Positions 1-7,962 of a stretch of 30,268 bases of DNA are shown in pieces (positions within the stretch are counted from its first letter, which is position 1; the number at the start of each line of letters is the position of its first letter). Under the pieces are notes generated by a model that saw nothing but the letters and a program-made list of their open reading frames with translations, searched no databases and had not been told where the DNA came from. Origin of the DNA: an archaeon (GTDB taxonomy: Archaea > B1Sed10-29 > JAJSAI01). The stretch spans positions 1 through 30,268 of the forward strand of contig JAJSAI010000017.1 of NCBI GenBank assembly GCA_024274695.1, written 5' to 3'. A program made the translations under genes and the position numbers.

Positions 1-384
1 GAGCTCGCGGTACTCTACTACGCCCTGTCCAAGATCATGTCAAAAGTGCATTTCACGAGAGAGGCCAAGTGGAAGGACTTCAAAGAGCACGTGATCTCAG
101 ACCTAACTTCAGGAAAGAAGGTGAGTGAGATAATAAGCGATGTGATACGCTTTGACCAAGAGTACGGGAACTACCTCACTAACGTCATAGAAAAGGCCAG
201 GATGAAGTACGCTAGCACAGCGTACGCTCTCGGAATGTCCTTGAGCTCGGCGTGCGAGTTCACAGGAGCCAACATGGCAGAAGTCTCAGCATACATAGGA
301 CAGACCAAGATACACGAGAGACCCTTCACTCAAACAAAAGACATAAGAGAGAGGATAAAAATCGCGAGACAGCTTATAAGGTGA
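1..384 (+). CDS. 5'-truncated conserved hypothetical protein with C-terminal UPF0175-like HTH (antitoxin-like)
   Basis: Frame is open from base 1 (ELAVLYYALSKIMSK...). C-terminal AYALGMSLSSACEFTG resembles the UPF0175 G-x-S-L-x-x-A-A-E motif. Lies directly upstream of a PIN-like gene. Confidence 0.6.
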   Translation, partial: ELAVLYYALSKIMSKVHFTREAKWKDFKEHVISDLTSGKKVSEIISDVIRFDQEYGNYLTNVIEKARMKYASTAYALGMSLSSACEFTGANMAEVSAYIGQTKIHERPFTQTKDIRERIKIARQLIR

Positions 385-389
385 ACAAA

Positions 390-1025
390 ATGGATGTATA
401 CTGTGACGCAAGCTCTCTCATAAGCCTGTCTTCCTCTTGCCTGCTGGGCGTGCTCGAGAAGTTCGAGAAAGCCGATTTCTACATCCCTAAAAGTGTCTAC
501 AACGAGGCAATAAGATCAGCCGAAGAGATAAAGAAGTTCAAGTGGAACGGGATAAGAATAAAGGGCCTCGTGGACCAAGGGGTCCTTAAACTCACCGAAG
601 CGAGGGATGAGGCCCTGAAGTTCATGAGGCTGGCCAACAGCCTGTTCTCAAGCAAGAGGAAGAGGATAAAAATAGTCCACCTCGGAGAAGCGGAGTGCGT
701 TGGAGCGCTCATAAAGAAAAGGAAGGGTGTGCTACTGGTCGACGAGCGGAACACCAGAATGCTCATCGAAGACCCGTTGAAGTTGAAGGACTACATACAA
801 ACCCGGACAAAACAAAGGATCGAAGTTGACAGGAGAGTGCTCTCGGAACTGAAGGAGCTCGTGGGATGGATACCCATAATCAGGTCCACAGACCTCCTCG
901 CAGCCGCGTACATGGCGGGAGTGTTAAAGTCAGAGGAAGAGCTTGAGGCCGCCCTGCTCTCACTGAAGTACTCAGGGTGTTCTGTCACTTTCGAGGAGAT
1001 AGAGGAGTACATCAGGATACTGTGA
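390..1025 (+). CDS. PIN-fold (DUF3368-like) protein
   Basis: Start taken at ATG 390 (MDVYCDASSLI). PIN-type acidic motifs DASS, IPKSVYNE, GEAE and LLVDER. Confidence 0.7.
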   Translation: MDVYCDASSLISLSSSCLLGVLEKFEKADFYIPKSVYNEAIRSAEEIKKFKWNGIRIKGLVDQGVLKLTEARDEALKFMRLANSLFSSKRKRIKIVHLGEAECVGALIKKRKGVLLVDERNTRMLIEDPLKLKDYIQTRTKQRIEVDRRVLSELKELVGWIPIIRSTDLLAAAYMAGVLKSEEELEAALLSLKYSGCSVTFEEIEEYIRIL

Positions 1026-1031
1026 TCCCGG

Positions 1032-1685
1032 ATGATAAGCATTGGACTCGTGCAACCAGAGGTTCCCGAAAACTTGGGCGCAGTGGCAAGGGTCATGGCT
1101 AACTTCGGCCTGTCTGACCTGAGGATCCTTGACCCGCGGTTTGACATCCTGTGCGATGACGTGAAACGGACTGCAAAACACGCCCAGGCAATCCTTGAAA
1201 GAGCAAGGGTCTTCAGCTCATTCAGTGCCATGAGAGAAGGGTTTGACCTGGTGGTAGGGACGACCGGACGTAGAGTGCCAAGACCGAAAGCGCACAGGAC
1301 GCCGATAACCCCCAGGGAGCTCAAGGAAGTTCTCGCGGACAAGACCCTCATCCTGTTCGGAAGAGAAAGCGTGGGCCTGACGAACGACGAGCTCAAAGCA
1401 TGCGACATCACCGTCACCATCCCCACCTCCAGAGAGTATCCTGTGCTGAACCTGTCCCACGCGGTAGCAATAATAGCATACGAGCTCTACCAAGCGAAAC
1501 CGAGAAGAAAGGTTGACGTCTCAGGAGCCGTGACCCTGTTCGAGAGGATGGCCGAAAAGACAGGGTTCAGGAAGAAACAGGAGGCAGTCAACGCGTTCAG
1601 GCGTGTTCTCACGACAGCCAGCCAGTCGCAAGTTAACATGATCTCAGGGGTGCTTTCAGAATGCCTGAAAAAAATGAGAGACTGA
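1032..1685 (+). CDS. trmJ: SPOUT tRNA C32 2'-O-methyltransferase, TrmJ/LasT family
   Basis: Motifs PENLGAVARVMANFG, FGRESVGLTNDEL and YPVLNLSHAVAI. Confidence 0.9.
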   Translation: MISIGLVQPEVPENLGAVARVMANFGLSDLRILDPRFDILCDDVKRTAKHAQAILERARVFSSFSAMREGFDLVVGTTGRRVPRPKAHRTPITPRELKEVLADKTLILFGRESVGLTNDELKACDITVTIPTSREYPVLNLSHAVAIIAYELYQAKPRRKVDVSGAVTLFERMAEKTGFRKKQEAVNAFRRVLTTASQSQVNMISGVLSECLKKMRD

Positions 1686-2365
1686 GTCTTCCCGAGCTCC
1701 TAAGATTCCTGCTCGTGCTAGCAGTGTTCGGTGGAGCGCTGGCCACGATTACCACAACAAGGCCTGACTTGACCGTCCTGCAAAGGGAAGTAGGAAGGCA
1801 CACCGTGTTCATGCTAGGGCTCATGGGCGCCAGCGCAGAGCTCGAGGAAGTGTACGTAAGAATCCCAGAGGGCTCTCCGGAGGTCATAGAAAAGCTCAGG
1901 GTGCTGGGACTCACCGAAAAAAACACGTCCCAGGGAGTTGTCATGTACGCTCCCAGACTCAACCCGGAGCTCGAAAGAATAGTCCTAAAGTACGTTGACC
2001 ACCTCCAGTCACTGGGAGAGCCGGTGTTCCTATCCCGTGCAGTAGTCTCTCTCAAGGACGGGCCTCTTGACGTGGAGATAATCCCCGAATGCACAGGCCT
2101 CTTCGGGTTCATGGCAGTAAGTGCTCTAATAATAGGCTACCCGCGAGCAGGGTGGAGGAAAAAAATCCTGGGAGTGGCTGTAGCACTCCCACTAGTGCAC
2201 CTGGTTAACGTGCTCAGGCTCTCCACCAGCATCCTGTCGGCACACCTGGCGGGTGTGAGCGCGTTCCACTTCACGCACGATCTCCTATGGAAGACTGTCC
2301 TGCTAGCGTTCTCGTTCTTGTTCTGGCTGGGCTGGATAAAGTTCTTTCCTGAAGGTAAGCTTTAA
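1661..2365 (+). CDS. Archaeosortase/exosortase-family membrane transpeptidase
   Basis: Multi-TM protein with the Cys-Arg-His triad: IIPECTG, VNVLRL and FTHDLLW. Confidence 0.85.
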   Translation: MPEKNERLSLPELLRFLLVLAVFGGALATITTTRPDLTVLQREVGRHTVFMLGLMGASAELEEVYVRIPEGSPEVIEKLRVLGLTEKNTSQGVVMYAPRLNPELERIVLKYVDHLQSLGEPVFLSRAVVSLKDGPLDVEIIPECTGLFGFMAVSALIIGYPRAGWRKKILGVAVALPLVHLVNVLRLSTSILSAHLAGVSAFHFTHDLLWKTVLLAFSFLFWLGWIKFFPEGKL

Positions 2366-2392
2366 AACCCGGAAAATGCTTAGTTGGTCTGA

Positions 2393-4102
2393 ATGCCGGA
2401 AAAAAAGAAGAGCACAAAGGATCTTCTCAAGGAAAGTCTTCTTGACCTAGAAGCAGGGCTGAGCACGAAAGCCCATAGAGAGTATGATGTAGCCACTCAC
2501 GAGGAGCTCAAAGAGCTCATAGAAATCGCGCTCAGGCAGAACAAGAGGATCGCGGAGAGAATAGACTACCTCGCTCAGGTCCTAAGAGAAGCGATCACTC
2601 CAGAGGAAGAGCCGAACAAGATACTGTTAGCCCTTGGAAGAAGCCAGGTCGAGGCCCTGGAAGAACTTGAGGAAATGAAGAAGAAACTCTCCCAACTGGA
2701 GAAAAAACTGACAGAAGGACAAAAGAAAATTGCTGCCGAGAGAGCCAAGACCCTGTTAGAGTACGAAAAGGCACTGAAAAAGATAACAGAGGAGCAAGCC
2801 AAACAGCTCAACGAGCTCGAGAAGAAGATACAAGTGGTAAACCTTCACCTGGCGCTCCTTCCGAGCGGCAAGGACGTGGCAAAACTTGCCGAAAAGATAG
2901 AAGAAATAAGCGAAGAGCTTGACCTCCTGTCAGACATGGTGTCTGAAGATCCTGAAAAGGTCAACGCAAGAATAGCCTCATTAAAACAGGAGCTTGACGC
3001 CCTGAAAAAAGAAACCGAAAAACAGGAGGAAAAAACACGTGAAGAACTGCTAAAAGGGGTGCTCAAATCCCTTAAAGAGTACGCTGAAAAAACGGACAAG
3101 AAAATAGAACTGCTGAAGAAGGCCACGGAAGAAAGCATTTCTGCCAAAATAGACAAGATAGAGAAAGACCTGAAAAGCGTTGAAGAAAAAGTAGAGCAGG
3201 ACATTGAACTTGACTCACTGCAACCCGAAGAAACCGCTGCGCTGCTAGCATCAATAAAGCAGGACCTTGAAGACCTTAAGCAGAGCCAGAAGGCAGAGGT
3301 TCTTCTGAAAAAGATAAGTGAACTTGAGGAGAAGATAGCGTCCTTGAGCGGTAAAGATATCCTGCAGGAAATGGAGAAGCTTGAAAAAAGGGACCTACAG
3401 CAAGAGGCCATGCTGAAGGCCCTGGACTCGAAAATAAAGAGCCTGGAAAAAGAGGTCAAAAACTACGAGGACCTCGCCGCTGCAGAACCAGAACAGTTCC
3501 AGTACGCTGTCGCGAGGATAAAGCAAGACATTGATAAGCTCTCTGAAAAAATGGACAAGATAAACGCTCAGGCTGACAAGGTAAGCGAGCTTCAGACGCG
3601 GCTCGCTTTACTCTCCAGCAGGATAGAAGGCATTGAAAAACTTGTGTCTGAAAAAGTCTACGAGAACATGCTGAAGATGAAAGCAGAAGAGGCGGAGAAG
3701 ATAGAGGAACTTCTGAGGGAAGTCACTGAGCTCAAGAAAATACTGCAGGGAGTTCCAGAGGAAGCGTTCTCCCTTGGCTCTGACGTTGATGTCCTAAAAG
3801 AAAAAATTTCAGAGCTGGAAAAAAGGATAGAAAACATAGAACACACGCCGTCTAAAGAGGCTCTGAGGAAAGAGGTAATGGCAGTAAAACAGGGGACAGG
3901 AGAAGACCCTGAAGGAAAAATTTTTGAAGTTCTCTCGGGCATGGGAAAAGGAGAGGAAATTCCTGTCTCGGACATAGCTCAAAAGGCAGGCGTGCCCGAA
4001 TCAGAGGTCATAAGGGTCGCGGAACAAAATCCTGGGTTCAGGATAGTGGTGGACGAAGGAGTTCTCGGCGCGATCCGCGGGAAGAAAGTGAAAAAACTCT
4101 GA
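2393..4102 (+). CDS. Long coiled-coil protein with ~89-aa repeats and probable C-terminal winged HTH
   Basis: E/K/L heptad pattern over about 480 aa. No Walker motifs. C-terminal IPVSDIAQKAGVPESEV is HTH-like. Confidence 0.75.
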   Translation: MPEKKKSTKDLLKESLLDLEAGLSTKAHREYDVATHEELKELIEIALRQNKRIAERIDYLAQVLREAITPEEEPNKILLALGRSQVEALEELEEMKKKLSQLEKKLTEGQKKIAAERAKTLLEYEKALKKITEEQAKQLNELEKKIQVVNLHLALLPSGKDVAKLAEKIEEISEELDLLSDMVSEDPEKVNARIASLKQELDALKKETEKQEEKTREELLKGVLKSLKEYAEKTDKKIELLKKATEESISAKIDKIEKDLKSVEEKVEQDIELDSLQPEETAALLASIKQDLEDLKQSQKAEVLLKKISELEEKIASLSGKDILQEMEKLEKRDLQQEAMLKALDSKIKSLEKEVKNYEDLAAAEPEQFQYAVARIKQDIDKLSEKMDKINAQADKVSELQTRLALLSSRIEGIEKLVSEKVYENMLKMKAEEAEKIEELLREVTELKKILQGVPEEAFSLGSDVDVLKEKISELEKRIENIEHTPSKEALRKEVMAVKQGTGEDPEGKIFEVLSGMGKGEEIPVSDIAQKAGVPESEVIRVAEQNPGFRIVVDEGVLGAIRGKKVKKL

Positions 4103-4109
4103 AACAAAA

Positions 4110-4160
4110 CGAAACATTTATAAACCCGGGTTTGTTTTTCTTTAGCAACCAATGGAGGTG
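4110..4160 (+). promoter_or_regulatory. BRE/TATA promoter and Shine-Dalgarno of the pilin gene
   Basis: CGAAACA-TTTATAAA at 4110-4124; GGAGGTG at 4154-4160, 9 nt before ATG 4170. Confidence 0.6.
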
Positions 4161-4169
4161 TAAAAGAGA

Positions 4170-4598
4170 ATGAGGAAAGGAATATCTCCGGTAGTAGCCG
4201 TGGTTCTTTTGATAGCCATAGCAGTAATAGCAGCAGTGGCTGTCTGGTTCTGGGTAAGCCCACTGACCGCAAAGCCAGCAACAGCAGGAACAGCACAGAA
4301 AACAATCAGCGTCGTCAGCTGTACAATCTCAGGGAACAACGCCAACCTGAAGATAAACAACCCAGGAGGTCTCACAGTAACAGAAGCAGAACTCGCAAGC
4401 GCTGACATCTACGAGGCCGGAGCTGCCACAGCTACAGTGACAGACCTAAGTTCTGTGAACCTCAGCACAATCAGTTCAATAAGCCCAGGATCCCAACTGG
4501 TAGTAACTCTGAACAACAGTGCTGCAGGACTTCAGACCGGAACACAGTACGAGCTCAGGATAACAGGCTACCCGGATGCTCCGTTCAGCTGCACCTGA
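4170..4598 (+). CDS. Archaeal type IV pilin (class III signal peptide)
   Basis: MRKG/ISPVVAVVLLIAIAVIAAVAVWFW, followed by an S/T/N-rich beta domain with two Cys. Confidence 0.9.
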   Translation: MRKGISPVVAVVLLIAIAVIAAVAVWFWVSPLTAKPATAGTAQKTISVVSCTISGNNANLKINNPGGLTVTEAELASADIYEAGAATATVTDLSSVNLSTISSISPGSQLVVTLNNSAAGLQTGTQYELRITGYPDAPFSCT

Positions 4599-4640
4599 AC
4601 GCAGTGAAAGGGATAAGTAAACTGTTGATAAAACCCTCAT

Positions 4641-4761
4641 ATTCCCCTCTCTTCTTTTTTGTTTTTGCGCTAAACAGGGTAATGCCTGGACTTTTACTTT
4701 TTCGTGAATTCAAAAAAAGGTGATGAGGGGAGGGGGAATGGCTGGACTGAGAATCCCCTCA
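4641..4761. terminator. Convergent terminators of the pilin and wHTH genes
   Basis: Plus strand: pyrimidine/T tract at 4642-4666. Minus strand: TGAGGGGA/TCCCCTCA stem (4724-4731 with 4754-4761) followed by T7 (A7 at 4712-4718). Confidence 0.5.
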
Positions 4762-5190
4762 CGCGTGGTACAGGACCTTCTTGCCTGCCCGGGTCTTCTT
4801 CAGGAGACCCCTGTTGTACAAGTTGTTCAGCCTTGCGGAGGCAGCGTTTTTGCCCTTGTACCCAAACCTTCTGCGCACCTGCTCAGCGTCCACGGCCCCA
4901 GCTTGTCTGACGAAACGCAGGATCTCCGCGTCAGTCTCTGACAAGCCCCTCTCCACCACAGGAGCCTCTCGCGCGGCAGGCGCGCCGGCAGACAGTTTCT
5001 CTGAGAGCTCATCAAGTCTTTTCAGAATTTCCTTGAACAGCAGGTTCGTTTGCTCTCTTTCCCTTGCGAGCCTGTACAACATCAGGCCCAGAGCGGCGGG
5101 ATCTTTAAATTGTTCCTTGTCGTACTTGAAGTCAAACACCAGAGACTCAAAGTCCTTGTCCGCTGGGTTGGCAGGCAATTTTCCTGTCAT
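4759..5190 (-). CDS. Coiled-coil + winged-HTH DNA-binding protein (LexA-DBD-like HTH)
   Basis: LSETDAEILRFVR...RFGYKGKNAASARLNNLYNRGLL. ATG 5190 sits about 23 nt from a TTTAAATA box (leaderless). Confidence 0.7.
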   Translation of the reverse strand: MTGKLPANPADKDFESLVFDFKYDKEQFKDPAALGLMLYRLAREREQTNLLFKEILKRLDELSEKLSAGAPAAREAPVVERGLSETDAEILRFVRQAGAVDAEQVRRRFGYKGKNAASARLNNLYNRGLLKKTRAGKKVLYHA

Positions 5191-5285
5191 GATTCTATCA
5201 TGATACAATCATATTTAAATGTTTCTGTCTTGACCCGTAACCCTTTTTATTCTCTTACTGTTTTTTCGTTCAGGGTGGCTTGCGG

Positions 5286-6461
5286 ATGGCTGATGGAGTG
5301 AAGATTGTCAAGAAAAAGCCGGTCACGCAGTACGTTATGGAAAAGCCGAGTCTGCAGACACTTCTCTCGGACCCCGACTTGGAAGAGATTATGGTCAACG
5401 GGCCAGGGACTCCTGTTTTCGTGTACCACAAGGTTTACGGGCAGTGTGAGACAAATCTTGTCATGACGAACGCCCAGATACTAAAGACCATCCAGGATAT
5501 TGCCAAGAAGAGCGGCGAGACCATCTCACCTCAGAGGCCTTTCATGGACGCGAGGCTTCCTGACGGGAGCAGGGTTAACGCCACACTAAAAGAAGCGACT
5601 CCGACAGGGCCGACCATAACCATCAGGAAGTTCAGGTCCAAGCCTTTCTCGATCGTGGACCTCATAAGAGCTGGAACGATGACCCCTGACCTCGCCGCGT
5701 TCTTGTGGACCGCTGTGGAAGGCGAGGGAAACTACCCTCTGAACATTATCGTGATCGGAGGAACAGGATCAGGAAAAACCACTACCCTCAACACACTGAT
5801 AACATTCGTGCCGCCCCAGGAGCGGATTATATGCATTGAGGATACCCTAGAGCTCAACTTCGCGGGCAGGAAGAATGTTGTGAGGATGGAGTCTTATCCT
5901 GGAGACCCTGTTCGACCGCCTTTGACCATGAACCAGCTTCTCATAAACGCCTTGAGGATGAGACCAGACAGACTGATCGTGGGAGAAGTGAGAGGAGAAG
6001 AAGCGGAAACTCTTTTTAATGCCATGAACGTGGGGCACTCTGCTATGGGAACCCTGCACGCTAACTCTCCTTCAGAATTCAAGTCAAGGCTCACCAATCC
6101 CCCTATGAACGTTCCTGAGGACATGCTCCCGCTGATAGACCTTGTCATAACCCAGGCAAGGATAAAAACAGAGTCTGGACTCAAGAGAAGGATACTCTCT
6201 GTGGTTGAAGTCACTCCAGGAGAGACCACGATAAGCTTTAACAAAGTGTACGAGTACGATCCTAGGACCGACCAGATTGTCAGGACGGACGTTCCCAGCA
6301 TAAAAGAACAGGAGCTGGCCAGATTAACCGGCCAGAGCGTGACAGACATAATAGACAAGAGGCGCGAAAAGCAGGAGATAATAGAACTGCTGTTAAAGAA
6401 AGAGAGTATGAGCTTCGAAAAGGTTCAAGAAGTGATGTACGAGTACTACTACGAAGAGTAA
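5286..6461 (+). CDS. CpaF/VirB11/ArlI-family secretion/pilus-assembly ATPase
   Basis: DARLPDGSRVN, TIRKF, Walker A GGTGSGKTT, IEDTLEL, ALRMRPDRLIVGEVRG, GH...TLHA. Confidence 0.93.
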   Translation: MADGVKIVKKKPVTQYVMEKPSLQTLLSDPDLEEIMVNGPGTPVFVYHKVYGQCETNLVMTNAQILKTIQDIAKKSGETISPQRPFMDARLPDGSRVNATLKEATPTGPTITIRKFRSKPFSIVDLIRAGTMTPDLAAFLWTAVEGEGNYPLNIIVIGGTGSGKTTTLNTLITFVPPQERIICIEDTLELNFAGRKNVVRMESYPGDPVRPPLTMNQLLINALRMRPDRLIVGEVRGEEAETLFNAMNVGHSAMGTLHANSPSEFKSRLTNPPMNVPEDMLPLIDLVITQARIKTESGLKRRILSVVEVTPGETTISFNKVYEYDPRTDQIVRTDVPSIKEQELARLTGQSVTDIIDKRREKQEIIELLLKKESMSFEKVQEVMYEYYYEE

Positions 6462-6473
6462 CCTGCAAAACGC

Positions 6474-6965
6474 TCATTTACCGAAGGCCATCGCCTGCAG
6501 TTCCTCTGGAGTTTTCCCGAAGTACTCCTCAAACTTTTTGGTCGTGGTGAGCAGTTTTGTGTTACCCGATTTCTCGGAACGGACTATCCCTCTTGCCTCC
6601 AGTTCTTTAATGTACTCGTAGGCCTTGTTTCCTATGACCTTCACGATGTCCGACTGTTTTACAGGTTGTCTGAGGGCTATGAGCGCAAGGGTTCTGAGCA
6701 CTGCCCTTCCGAGCTCTGGAGAGACGGCCAGGTGCGAGACCTTGTCTATAATATCTCTCTTCACCCTCATGGAGTACCTTTCCCCGAGGCGAACGATCTC
6801 CAGCGCCGGGTTCGCCTCATTAAACTCTTTCATCGCGTCCTCTGCGATCTTCAGGAGAACAGGCCCCTGTTCCACGCCCAGTACCCTTGAAAGCGCTTTC
6901 AGCGAGAGCGGCTTGGGGGACATGAACAGTGCTGCTTGGAATAATCTTTTCTCCTGTTCGTACAA
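6474..6965 (-). CDS. scpB: SMC-Scp complex subunit ScpB
   Basis: AALFMSPKPLS, LRTLALIALRQPVKQSDIVKVIG, TTKKFEEYFG. Probable TTG start at 6965 after SD GAGGTGA. Confidence 0.9.
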   Translation of the reverse strand: MYEQEKRLFQAALFMSPKPLSLKALSRVLGVEQGPVLLKIAEDAMKEFNEANPALEIVRLGERYSMRVKRDIIDKVSHLAVSPELGRAVLRTLALIALRQPVKQSDIVKVIGNKAYEYIKELEARGIVRSEKSGNTKLLTTTKKFEEYFGKTPEELQAMAFGK

Positions 6966-6975
6966 TCCGATCACC

Positions 6976-7668
6976 TCATGATCCAGGGACTGCGATGAAT
7001 ATTTCACCGAAGACCTGGTCCTGCCAGAGGACTACCCTCTGCTGGGTGGCAAGGTACAACAGGGGGAACAAGGTTTTTATGACCCCTTCCCTCGTTTTTT
7101 CAGGCAGGATGTTGGTGAACATGGTCATCCTCCTGGAGTCAAGGGTGCTGACTATTTTTTCGTAGACCTGTTCCACGAGCTTCTTGAACTCTTCCGAGCT
7201 CGGGTTGGATAATTCTATCAGGTACTCCGGAATTGGCTCTGGCTCCTTTTTCTTACGCGCGGCCCTCTTTTTCTCCCGTTTTATAACGTCCTCTACCGCG
7301 AGCATGAGCTCTTCCAGGGTTATCTTCCTCTTGGTCTCCCTGGTGATCGGAAGCAGGCCAAGGTCCTCCGGCTTGTCAACAGTAACCAGAGGGGTGAAAA
7401 AGTTCTCAGGAATGAAGCCCTGCACTTCTTCCTGGCGCAGTTTCCACGAGTCGCTTTTCATACGGAGGAGAATACTCGCGGCGAGCACCGCGTTCGCTGG
7501 CACCCAGAGGTTTAGCTCGCGCATCCTCTTTATCTTTTCCAGGAACGAGTGCACGAGCTTGGCAATGTCAACATCCCAAGGGTCTATGTCATTCTCCCTA
7601 ACGGTCTCCAGAAGAAGATCTTTCCAGTCAGGCCGGCTGGCTATGCTCGCCAAGTCTAGCTCGTGCAC
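6976..7668 (-). CDS. scpA: Kleisin ScpA
   Basis: IDPWDVDIAKL, AASILLRMKS, RKITLEEL, C-terminal LLYLA...WQDQVFGEI. GTG 7668 preferred given the TATA position; ATG 7695 is the alternative. Confidence 0.9.
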   Translation of the reverse strand: MHELDLASIASRPDWKDLLLETVRENDIDPWDVDIAKLVHSFLEKIKRMRELNLWVPANAVLAASILLRMKSDSWKLRQEEVQGFIPENFFTPLVTVDKPEDLGLLPITRETKRKITLEELMLAVEDVIKREKKRAARKKKEPEPIPEYLIELSNPSSEEFKKLVEQVYEKIVSTLDSRRMTMFTNILPEKTREGVIKTLFPLLYLATQQRVVLWQDQVFGEIFIAVPGS

Positions 7669-7698
7669 CTCAACACCCGGAAGAATACAGGGCATGGA

Positions 7699-7712
7699 AA
7701 TATTTAAATATT
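7699..7712. promoter_or_regulatory. Palindromic bidirectional TATA box
   Basis: Perfect palindrome AATATTTAAATATT between divergent scpA and ORF 7735. Confidence 0.55.
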
Positions 7713-7734
7713 AGGTGGAACCCTAAAAGGAAGA

Positions 7735-7962
7735 ATGTCCCCGGCCAAAAAGGAGAGGAAGTCTCAGGTGCTCACCTGCCCAAAGTGCGGTGCAGAGGTA
7801 AAGGTATCTAATCCTACTGAGGGAAAGTTCGTGACATGCAGGAAGTGCGGCGCCCTGAGCGAGATTATCAAGAAGAGGCGCAAGTACGACCTCATACCCC
7901 TAGAGGAGTCAGGAGAAGCGCAGGATATTTCTGACATAGAGTTCAGCATGGATCTTGACTAA
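7735..7962 (+). CDS. Small zinc-ribbon protein, LysW-like fold without EDWGE
   Basis: CPKC-x16-CRKC and an acidic C-terminal tail. Confidence 0.65.
   Translation: MSPAKKERKSQVLTCPKCGAEVKVSNPTEGKFVTCRKCGALSEIIKKRRKYDLIPLEESGEAQDISDIEFSMDLD

Noticed and set aside
252-389. N-terminal extension of the PIN ORF in the ORF track
   Set aside because: It overlaps the upstream gene; the PIN fold starts at ATG 390.
2393-4102. Coiled-coil protein as Smc/Rad50
   Set aside because: No Walker A/B, signature motif, hinge or Zn hook.
4720-4750. GTGATGA...CTGA as a second C/D sRNA
   Set aside because: Only one C/D pair with no C'/D'; better explained as the complement of the minus-strand terminator.
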